Position numbers and translations under genes: made by a program | Notes under the pieces: generated by a model | Databases searched by the model: none | Seen by the model: only the letters and a program-made list of their open reading frames with translations | What the model was told of the DNA's origin: nothing | NCBI GenBank assembly: GCA_963693365.1 | Contig: CAVNZM010000006.1 | Location: 1,488,001-1,552,000, forward strand | Origin: Amoebidium appalachense | Taxonomy: Eukaryota; Protista; Ichthyosporea | Direction of reading: 5' to 3' | DNA: 64,000 bases | Part shown: one piece after another, positions 48,036 through 64,000 of the stretch | Layout: every line of letters starts with the position of its first letter | Numbering within the stretch: position 1 is the stretch's first letter

Positions 48036-48488
48036 CGTGTGTTTGTATGTGGGCATGTGAAGGGCAAAGAAATAGAGGGGCGGCGAGGGTGGTGGGGGGG
48101 GGAGTAGATACGTCACACACCAGCCCACATTTATTTCATGGGTGAACAGTGGAACTTACCAGAAGGGGAGCCAGCTGAGGCTTGATCCTCTCAAAGTGTG
48201 TTGCGTTGATGTACAGGGGCAGGCAGGCGTTCATGGGCTTGCCATCAGGGCCTAGGAGTTGGAAAATACATGTAAGTTTAGTTTGTGTTTGATCTTGTGC
48301 TGTAGCCAGACGTGAGAGCCTATGTAGTGCATTAGGTATTCACTAAACACCATATTGGGTATTTACTAAACACCATGCCCCAGCAAAGCCCCCAAAACTG
48401 GAATCAGCGTACGTGTTATGGGTAGGACACCTTAGTAATCGGCTGCATCCATAACTTTTTCTTTCCATGGTGGAGAAAATCTGCCCCT

Positions 48489-48526
<38 letters not shown>

Positions 48527-50108
48527 GGGGGGGGGGAGGGGGGGGGGGAGGGGGGGGGGGGGGGGGGCGGGGGAGGGGGGCGGGGGGAGGGGAAGGGGGG
48601 GGAGGAGGGGAGGGGGGTAGGGGGGAGGGGGGTCGGCGTTGCTTACCAATAAAGTAGCCAACTTTTCCACCGGTGGTCTGGCTGAACCCACCGTGCACCT
48701 GCTCTGCATCGTTCTGGGTCAAAGCAAACCTGATACTGCAAATGATGGCATCCGAGGTGTACGTGCCCGACAGCACATCCTCCACACGCACCATGCTGGG
48801 GGCATCCACCACGTACTCAGGGCGCTGCACACGCAGGCCAAACATCATGATGTCGCTGGTGCTCTCGGCCATCATCTGATTGGGCGGCAGGGTAAGTGGG
48901 AGGTAGGCTGGTCTGCTGACCGGGCCAGCATGCATGAACATCGGGGATTGACACAACAGTAGGTCCATTGCTCTTGCACACGATTCACTTTGGGTATGCA
49001 TTGTCCATACTGCCTACACCAAACTTTTTAGTCAAGGGTGACTAGTTTAACCTGTTCATACCGGCGAATTTCCCTATAGTCACTTCAGAAACACTGAAAC
49101 AGATACAAAAGTATACGAAATAATGATATTTTCCCTAAACCAATTTAGAAACACATGTAGTTAGACATATACGTGTCGATATTTATGATTTATTTGAGCC
49201 TTTTCTATCGATTTTGAGCCGCAATAAAGTTGTTTAGAGCTGTTTAGCGCTGGCCGGCTGCCGGCCATATCGATTTGTGGCGGCCCGAAGAGGTTAAGTG
49301 CTTTTGTGGGCGGCACGGAAGAGAAGAATGGCTTCCGAATACAAGGATTCTCCGTCATTGTGGTGAGTCAAATACATTACCTCGTACACGGTATCCCCCG
49401 TCAGCACACACTTGTAGTCCATATCACGGAATTGCTTCAGTACATCCTCAGTAACACTCGCCTGCACGATCCTTTTAAGTTAGTAATGTGGATTTTTTTT
49501 TTCTAGTGGTGCCGTGCATTGGAAGGAGAGCAGGGGGGGGGGGGCATTGTACGACAGCAGGGAAAGTGCGTTGATGGGAGAAGCCAACAGGGATAGGGGG
49601 TGGCTAAGAAAGGGAAGGGTAGGTCACAAAGGAGGAGAAGACGTGGGTGGGTGGGTGGGTGGGTAGGTGGGTGGGTGGGTGAGTGGTGGTGGGGGGGGGG
49701 GGGGGAGGCCTGGAGCGAGGGAGGATGGGCAGGGAGGATGGCCAAGCCAGGGGGTAAGGGGGTAGACGGTTTCATGGAGAAAGGTAATGGACTTGCACGT
49801 GCATCAAAAACATGCAACAAACAGCATCCACATGTCATAGGCAGAGGTATACCTTCAGGGTTTCTAGGGTAGACTGGATCTGGGCAAAGTTGGTGGCGTT
49901 GCTGGTGGCACGCATATTCATGGCACGGGCACGGCGTGCCTTGGCAAAGCGGTGGTCATAGCGCATGCTCTGCAGTTGCCCAACCATGTTCTCGGCCTAT
50001 GAAACCGAGGACAGCAAACGGAATTAGTGCTGCTATCACAACAGCAAATCTAGTAGTGCTGCTTGAGGAGAAAATGTTGATGAAGAAACCACCGCACTAG
50101 ACTTTTTT

Positions 50109-50145
<37 letters not shown>

Positions 50146-51105
50146 AGAGAGGAAAGTAGAAAAAAGATACATTCTTGGGGGGGGGGAAGGGAAAGGAAGA
50201 GGAGGAGGGGGCAGGGGGAGGAGGGAGTGCTGGAGGGGGGGGGGAGGGGGGGGGGGGGGGGGAGGGGGGAGGAGGGGGGGAGGCGCGGTGGTTGGAGGAG
50301 CAGTGAAAGTGAACCGAGATAACTGCTGTTTGTAGAAAAGCTGGATGACGCAACCAATGTATTAACTTATCAGCCAGTGGGAAGATCTATTTTTTACGTT
50401 TTTAAGGGGGGAGGGGAGAAGAAAAAATTTTCGTTTATGGAGGAGAGAAAGGGAAAAAAGAGGAAAGAAGAGGGAAGGGTTGGGGGAGAGGGGGGATAGG
50501 TGTGTGTGGGTTGGGGGGGGGGGAAGGGGGGGGAGAGGAGGGTGTTGGGGGTGGGGGGGTGGGAGGGGGGTGGGTCGAAAGGGATTTGAGGCGATGGGCG
50601 AAAGGAGATTACGATGCGATAGTTACACACCGAGACTGTGCCCCGTGCGGCATCAGCAAAGAGCGCGGCATACTTGTCCAGCTGTTGCTGCACGGCCATG
50701 CGCATCTCCCAGGCCTGATCCCGCACTAGCCGGGGAAACCTGTGGTGGTTGTTTGAACAAATTAGTCCATGTTTTCTTTGTGCGTGCAGGTTTTCGATAC
50801 CACAAGTAACTCAACAACGTAATGTTCGTGGACAGCCCACTTTCTCATCCCCTCCCCCCTTCTCCCCCCCCCCCCCCCGTCCCTCCCTCCTCCCTGTCAG
50901 TCTCTCTGCCCGCCTCTTCCCTCGGCTAATCTGCCCTCCCCCCCCCTAATCTCTGCCCTCCTCCTCCCCTTCCTCTTCATCATCTGGATGTTGTTCAACT
51001 GGCAATCATTACAAAAAGGCTTGATGATTGTCAGAAGCGGGAAAGGGCGATGTTTGTGTATGCACTTTTATGTGTTATTTTGTTTGTTTTTTTTGGCAGG
51101 GGGTG

Positions 51106-51140
<35 letters not shown>

Positions 51141-54100
51141 CGTTTATGTGCAGCGGTGCTGCTATGTGTGCGTGTTGCAGGGTGTGTGTGTGTGTGTCCG
51201 GGTGCAGAAACGTTTTCTGGTTTCCTAACATAATGGCTAGGAAGAGGGGCCCGAGCAGGGTGTGTGTGTGCGTGTGAGGAGGGGGGGGGAGGGAGGGGGA
51301 GGGGGGAGGAAAAGATAAGAAGTGGGCAGGAGGGGGACAGGGGGGGAGAGGGGGGGGGGGGGGGGGGAGCGCACTTAGCTGGATTGATGGCAGCGAGGAC
51401 GGCCTGTGCCTGCTTGAGTTCGTTCACGTCTGTTGAGCATCACACCCTCAGCTAGCAGTGCAAGCCAATGGATTTTGAAGCATCAAGATAACAAGATAAC
51501 AAGGGCCTTGGCAAACTTGCTCTTGTATCCTTGCACGTGTGCATATGCATGTGCGTGCACTGGGTGCAAGGCATGCTCATATATATCATGTATGTGGCTG
51601 TGTGCAAGTTAAGCGGTGTGTGCAGATGGGCTGTGATTCAGTGGTTGTTCCTGACTTTTGTGTGGTTATGGACAAAGGTGTGAGCGCACGTGTTTACCCC
51701 AAACCAGTGAAGTGGGTCGGAATTTGAAATTGAGTAAACTGGTGGGTGGTTGATAAATGCACGGAAGGACAAGGTCTGCACGAGCGTGGCCAACATAGTG
51801 GAATCAGAATCAGAGCCTAACATTTGGTGCACGATCTTTCGCCATATGAGAAACACATGCAAGTCCTACCAGAGATCGGCATGGTTTCAACACTCTTGAT
51901 CTCAAACAGCCAATCAGGCTCAGTCCAGGCTACGGCCACATCCAACGGTGTACTTTCGGCCTTCTTGCCACCCACACGGACCTGCACCTTGATGGGTGCC
52001 TTGTTGTCGGGCAGCGTGACTGTGGGTGGCTTCTTGAAGATCCAGTCGACCTGCACACAAGAAAAACACTTTGCTTTAAAGATTGCAACGTTGGTTTACT
52101 TTGCTCAAGTGCTTCTGCGTCCCTACTGCCCCCCCCCTCCCCCCCCCCCCCCCCCCCCTCCCCCCCAACACACACACACACACACAAGCCATCCAAACAC
52201 TTCCTCCATACAACTTGTTGTTCAGACCCCAAGACTCCAATTTATGTAGTACTCAAGTTCACCTTTTTTTCTCTTTTCGCTACACTTTTCCTCTTTTTTT
52301 TCTTTTTCCTTTGTTTCTTCTCCCTCCCCCCCCCCTCCCCCCCCATCCCCCCCTCCCCCCTCTTTGGCATGTTGCATTGAAAGCCTACCTGCAGGGCCCC
52401 ATCAGCCGTCTTCTGTGCATCCACTTCCTCGAATGCACTGCCCTCCACAGCCACAGCCACCGTCTGCACCACATCCAGAAAGTCAAACATCTCTGCAAAG
52501 CTGCCCTCAAGCTGGGTGCCCGTAACGTAGCGGTAGGTACCTGTAAGTCGAAATAAAAGCGTCAAATAGTGTTTCCTCGCAAGGGACCCTGGGCACACGA
52601 AGGCAAAACAGCTTTACCAAAGGAGAATTTAGCCCTATATTGTTCTGATACGGGCGCTCGGCGTTGACTTGTGTCTAAGAGTTCATTACAAGGCCTGGTA
52701 AAGGACGTCACCCCGGGGGGAAGGGGGGGGGGGGGGGGGGAGGGCAAGGGGGGGGGGGGGGGGGGGGGGTCAAGAAGTTGTGATATGACCAAGACTCCAT
52801 AACTAGATGTGGGTGTGGGTAGAACCAACCTTCCATGTTGCCCAGCGAGCGGACGAAGTCAAGTGTCTTCCGATCGTGACCTTGCCCGAACCCAATCGTG
52901 TGTAGGGCTACTTGACGCTTTCCTTTAGCGATCTCTTTACGGATGGTCTCGCCGGTCTGTGAAACACCAATAGGTTAGATCCATCATCATGCAGACCGGG
53001 ATATTAATGCGCTACTGTACCTACCACAACCAATCTTGCATGGGTTTTGAAAACGGGATGTAGTCCCCATTGCAGAGGTTCATCCAGCTATTCAAATACA
53101 ACCTGCTACAGCAAACTGTCAATAGTAACGTAACCAGTGTAATTTGGGCTCAATAATGCACCAAACAATAAGCTGGGATACACATGTTCGAAACCCTCAC
53201 CACCCACCTGCTGGAATTCGTTCACCGACTGCTGCCCATCTGTCATAAATACCACCGACACCGTGCCGTCCTGCTTGGTGTGTGCGCTGATGTGCTCCCA
53301 GAGTGTGGTCAGTGCGGCCTGGAAGCTGGTGCCCCCCTGGGCACGTGCAGCCAACACCTTCTCGACACTTACAACAGCGGCAGCGTGGTCATAGAGAATG
53401 AAAGTGGGCAACTTGCCGGGGCTGGTGGACTGGATGTACTTCACTGCTTCCAAGACCTGATGTACCCAAAAGTAAGTTCACCCTCTTTATAATCATTCTA
53501 CCAGCCAGGATGATGCCCAGCATCACACATGCCTAAAGCATTGTGTCTGTGACAGTCTAAGCCATTCACCCACGTGCACGTGCACGCAACTTGAAGCATT
53601 CCCACGTGTGAATACACATGTTTGTGTAGGTACACGTGCGTGAATGACGTCATAGCCATCGGAGCATGCGCAGGGGCACACCCACTGGGTATGTAGACAG
53701 GCACACAGGCATTCAGATATCTACCTGCCCACGTGCACAAAAGCAAGCACACATTCGGGTAACTCCACACCAACCCATACACCCATGCACGCAGACCACG
53801 CAAGCACAGACACACCCAATATCTAGCACGACGGCCACACGGGCACGTGAACTTGCACGTGCGCTCATCTACACAAAAACATGAGCACTCGTATGCATCC
53901 GATGATTCTGCAATAACATGTGAAATACTTACGCACACAGACACATGCCCCAGCCATGGGTCATTCATTACACACAGACTCGTTCAAATTGTGCTCACTC
54001 GCATGACACCTGGCACCCAAGGAACCACTTGATTTAACACGCACAACGGTTCAAATAAATCATTTCAGGCACACACGACCACATGCAACATTATTAATAA

Positions 54101-54517
54101 CCGGTTCATTTTATTCACAATCTCATCTAACTTTGTCGTGCACGTGTGTTTAACGATATTACGATTGCGTAATTTTGTTAGGCAAATTGACGGTTGGGCC
54201 CTTTTATTAACAGCGGTATCGTACTTCACCTGGATACCAAGCTCAAGGCAGAATTTTTCTGGAGGGAATGATTTCCCGGAGTCATATATAACAATACTGA
54301 ATACGCAGCAGTTAGATACTCCTGGGTATCAACACGCACACACGAGAATATAAACTTGTTCAACACTTGCCTGTTTCCAAGGAGAACCTGCCATGGAACC
54401 GCTGTAGTCGATGACAAAAATGGTTTCCTGTGCCTGAGTGCTCTTCGTGCCGTTGGAAGGGCTGGTGGAGATTTCGAAAAACACCCTTACTAGATTTTCT
54501 CTGATTTGGTAAGACAT
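41418..54517 (-). CDS. VWA (MIDAS) domain protein with a long uncharacterised C-terminal region; 20 exons, 999 aa
   Basis: Exons 54517-54371, 53456-53208, 52956-52830, 52540-52389, 52050-51870, 51429-51375, 50739-50631, 49996-49853, 49461-49381, 48875-48647, 48251-48160, 47625-47455, 46884-46800, 46054-45689, 44827-44679, 44322-44121, 43412-43261, 42766-42671, 42217-42128 and 41540-41418 sum to 3000 nt in one open frame. VWA motifs: IFVIDYSGSM (DxSxS), GGTSF, VVFMTDGQ, LHTIGFG. Confidence 0.9.
49051..49293. mobile_element. piggyBac-like MITE (243 bp) in a VWA intron
   Basis: Flanked by TTAA at 49047-49050 and 49294-49297. Imperfect TIRs CCTGTTCATACCGGC / CCTCTTCGGGCCGCC (reverse complement). 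Non-coding AT-rich interior. Confidence 0.55.
53457..54370 (-). other. GC-AG first intron of the VWA gene
   Basis: CAG|GCAAGT donor joins AGSPWKQ to VLEAVKYI in phase 0. Confidence 0.8.
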
Positions 54518-55894
54518 TTTCTCCCTGTATATATGCACTACTGTGCAATCACCATGTCTTAATCGTTGTAGTTAAATGTTATTGATGTTTCCCTTCACGG
54601 TTTAACTTGGGTCCTCAAAGGCTTTCTCGCTGGCTAGGCAGCTGATCAACAAGCAGGTGTAGATTCTTAGGTAGCTTACAATAATTTTCCAAGCACCACA
54701 ACGCTATGTATATCGACAATTCAAACGCACGGAAAGAGTAGCAACTGCAAGGGTGACTCTTCCAAAACTCGCTGTGCTCTTTCGGTGTGTAAATTAATCA
54801 GAGTGCGAGCTTTTGGAACAAAAAACCGAAATTTATACCACTTGCCAGTCTGGAGACGGTGCAAAATGATCGCTGATAAACCCCTAGCATTTGCAACTAT
54901 TTTTAGTTCTATAAAGGGTTGATATTTATTTATTTATAGGAAAATTGTGCTAAAATTATATATATATATTCCCTTGACCAGGCACATATATTCAATAAAC
55001 ATTACAATATGTGTAGTTCTGTGCTTGAAGATTTAAGAAGGATTTGCTGCGTTCGTAATTTGCTATTTTTGATTGGATGCAACCCTTGCTTTTTGGATTC
55101 AATTCGAAGTTCCCAGCCATAATGAGCCATTACGTAATCGCTTACGTAATCGTCTGTTGGGATGACTACTGATAACGCCTTCAACTCACTACCGTAGTCT
55201 ACGGTAATGGGCGTACTAAAGGCCTGTTTCAACAACAAGATGGCCGTGTCCTCGAAAAACGTATGGAGTTCATATTCATATAGGTGGCATACAGGTGATA
55301 ATGATGCAAGCTCGCCGGATTACATCAGTACTATGTAGAGGATTTTGTGCCCCCGGGGCCGACCGGTCGTGATCAGTATCTTGGTCGGTCTGTTCGCTCA
55401 GCCCGGAATTTGTTTCTCTGAAGTCGCCATCGGGGCTACATATATGTGCATGCTCGTGGGGAATATGGCTAATATAGATAGGTTGCCTCCTCTGCAGCTG
55501 GAGGTGGAGGTTTTAAGCTCAGCATTAGCATTCCAACATGACATTGTGCACGCTTTTATAAATTGATGAGGCCATGTCAGACGTCCGCTTTCTCGTTGTA
55601 TGGTGGATAGGACATATTGAGGCCACATGTGGCTACTAATGCTGAGCTTAAAATACTATTTTGTCCTTATTTATTATTATTATTATTTTTTGGGGGGTGA
55701 GGGGGGGAGGGAGGGGGACAGAGGTGGGGAGGATGGGGGGGAGGGGGGGGGGGGGGAGGGGGCAGGGGGAGAGGGGACGGGGGGGGGGGGGGGGCGGTTT
55801 TGAATGGAACAAGCCGTATCCAACCCCCCCCCCCCCCTCCCCCCCCCCTCCCCTCCCTTCCTCAGAGAGAGGGAGAGGGAGGGGCGAGGGGAGA

Positions 55895-55936
<42 letters not shown>

Positions 55937-56094
55937 TCTGAGACAGACAGAAAGAGAGAGAAGGAGGGCCCTGTGGGAAAGAGAAATAACCAGAAAGAGG
56001 CAGATAGAGGGAGATGGGGGGCCTGACACTCGGGCGGAGAGGCAGAGAGAGACAGACAGACACACACACACACAGGGGGAGGGAGAGAGAGAGG

Positions 56095-57423
<1,329 letters not shown>

Positions 57424-58869
57424 AGAGGGAGGGAGAGAGAGAGCTCTCTGAGAGAGAAAGAGACAGATTTTTTTCTTTCTCTTTTTTTTCCCGTTTTGTT
57501 CCCGGAGTACCCCTAGGGGCCCTCAGGGGGAACTACCGTCTTCCACCCAGCACCGACAGTACTCTAGCTAGAGTGCTACGATGCTATTAGCTAAAACTAA
57601 CACACCTATAACAGTCCTAACTATATGTACACACTTTGCCCAGGGTATCAACCCCAGCCACGCCGGAGAGAGAGAGACAGAGAGAGAGGGCCACGCCGGA
57701 GAGAGAGAGACAGAGAGAGAGGGAGTCTCAGAGAGAGAGAGGGGGGGGGGGGGGGGGGATTACGAGAGAGAGGGAGAGAGAGAGCCGAGAAGAGAGAGAG
57801 GGGGGGGGGGAGGAGGGAGAGAGAGAGAGGGGGGAGGAGGAGAAGGGGAGGGGGGGGGAAGGAGAGAGGGAGCTCGAGGAAGGGAGGGAGGGAGAAAGGT
57901 AGGGAGGGAAGGAGGAAGGAGAGTGGGAGAGAGGAAGATAGAGCGCGAGAGAGACCCCATTAAAACTGTACAGAATCAACAAGAAGAATTAAGAACCGCC
58001 ATCAATATTACTTTTATCCAGGCCACACGTGGTCTCAAGCTCATGGCTTTTTGTTTATCAAACACTGTCGGTGTCCATGCTCAGCGTGCAATTGACGTCA
58101 CAGACCATGCATGAGTCACTGTTTATTTATCATGATCAAGCAGTGAGGCGGCCCACGCCTGCACCCTGATTTTTCCACGTACGCACATACAGACACCTCC
58201 AGTTCTAGAAGAGAGATGGCATCATGTCTTGTAAATGTGGCATTGCAAAATCATGTACTGTTTTATTAGGGATGGACACATATATCTGACGTATTACACA
58301 TGGCACACACAAGGTGCATGCGCAGGCACTTTTTCTTTTGTCAATCTGACTGCGCGCTTTGGGAGAATCTGAAAGAACGGTCCACCAATAAAGCTTTTTA
58401 TCCAATCATAACTAATTACTGCTTTTAGGTTAACCAATCCCTTGCAACGCAACCGATGAAAAGCACCCAATAGCCAATAAGATAAGTAGTCGTCCAATCA
58501 TGTATAGCTGCGCTGATTTTGTGATAGATCTTCAATGAAAAGGGGCCAGACACCGGTGAACCACAGGCACCACCAGGGCAGCAGTGACTGGCTGCACCGC
58601 GTAGGGTGTTCATAGGGTGTGAGGAGTTGCGTCCTAGCTGTCATAAGAAGCTTGCGCTGGCTAACACAAGATAGCAAGAACTCGCTAACTTAAGCGTTTC
58701 TTTTTAAGCGAATTCTGCACGCGAGAGATTAGGCCCGGCCCTTTGAGGCATATGATTGATGATATGCGGCCACCCTCAGGTTCAGCCTCAGAGCCTGCAG
58801 TCCAATAAGCGAAGGCGTCTACATCAGCCAAAACGCCGAATAGGTCTTTGAATTTTGATTGGAGATCTA

Positions 58870-58904
58870 CCATTGACGTCAATGGGCTTTGCGAGGTTAT
58901 AAAT
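58870..58904 (+). promoter_or_regulatory. Palindromic CRE/ATF site plus TATA box upstream of the Kazal gene
   Basis: Perfect 16-bp palindrome CCATTGACGTCAATGG (58870-58885) and TATAAAT (58898-58904), about 70 bp before ATG 58970. A second TGACGTCA lies near 58093. Confidence 0.6.
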
Positions 58905-58969
58905 TTAATTAAATATGGCCACTTTCCCGTCACACCATCACAGTGCCACGGTCAAATGTTACAGCTACC

Positions 58970-62959
<3,990 letters not shown>

Positions 62960-63458
62960 ATAATATGTGAAATATGATAATGTATTTGATTGCTGATGAC
63001 GAGTTATGAGGAGTGAAATGGTGTTGATTTGTATACATACCAGCGGTGGTTGTGTGGGTTTGATATATTTGTGAATGTGATTGTAGGATTAATGATAGAT
63101 GTTTTCAATGATGAAATGCCTAAACTGGCGTGGAAAGGTGTAGACACCAAACCGCACCGAGGTGTTGTTTAATGTACGAATATTGAATACCACGGCCTAT
63201 TGTATAGCCCTCCATGTATATAATTGTGAAGTCTTTTGTAAATAGCTGGATTCTGTATATATCTGAAGTAGACTAATGCTAATGTGTTCTGTTATGATTC
63301 ATGGGCTTGCTCGGCAACCCGAAGATAAATACAATAAGCCGGCACCGGCAGTCACTTTGATATTACACAGATGCCTCCCTCGCCCCCCTCCCCCCCCCCC
63401 CTCCCCCCTCTCCCCCTCCCTTCCCCCTTCCTTCTCCGTCCTCCTTTCCTCTCCATCT

Positions 63459-63516
<58 letters not shown>

Positions 63517-64000
63517 TCCCCCCCCTCCCCCCTCCCCCCCCCCAAACCGGGGCACCGCCGTACTTCAATTCTCGCTTCTGCCCCTCTAGATCTCTTCCCT
63601 CGACCCCCCCTCCCTCCCTTCCCTTCCCCTGCCCTCCCCCCCCCCCCCCCCTCCCCCCCCCCCCCCTCTCCCCCCCTCCACACACACACACACACACACA
63701 CACACACCACTGTCTACGACAGAGTTTGACGTAACCTAACATGCAATACAAAAGCCCCACTTCACCTTCTATTTTTAACCCCTATTAGGTAAAGTAACCT
63801 AACACAACTTTTAATCCCTCTCACGATCATCAGTTCCGCTTCGAATCCATCATTTTTTCCACCTGTCAGCTACAAACCCATGATCCCAACCTGCATGCAC
63901 CCAATGCAAGTCACTTGCCGGCGCCAACTCCATTCCGACTGGTTTCCTTGCTTTGCAACTCCAAGCTAATCCCCCCCTCCTCCCCCCCGCTTTCACTCTT

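Noticed and set aside
58294-58933. Short minus-strand ORFs upstream of the Kazal gene
   Set aside because: No motifs or consistent splice structure; they overlap the probable promoter.

Overview
Eukaryotic, intron-dense genomic DNA. Introns are packed with G/C homopolymers and CA/GT/GA microsatellites, so most ORF-track entries are low-complexity artefacts. I spliced exons by hand (GT/GC-AG, phase-checked) and found five genes. (1) A Ufd4/UPL3/TRIP12-type HECT E3 ligase on +, about 33 exons, 5' end probably upstream of the window. (2) A roughly 720-aa UFD1-domain protein on +, with a Cys-rich finger and a CCCH finger in front and a PPC-like domain plus TRAF/XAF1-type fingers behind. (3) An intronless 160-aa ORF of unknown function on -. 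(4) A 20-exon, 999-aa VWA-domain protein on -, with a large uncharacterised C-terminal region. (5) A secreted 866-aa protein with 13 Kazal domains on +. Candidate mobile DNA includes a TIR element embedded in (GA)n, a TTAA-flanked piggyBac-like MITE, a probable LINE 3' end with a (CA)n tail, and a structured repeat of about 145 bp found twice in HECT-gene introns. The gene and intron style suggests a unicellular opisthokont or other protist (weak inference). No searches were run; family calls rest on recognised motifs.
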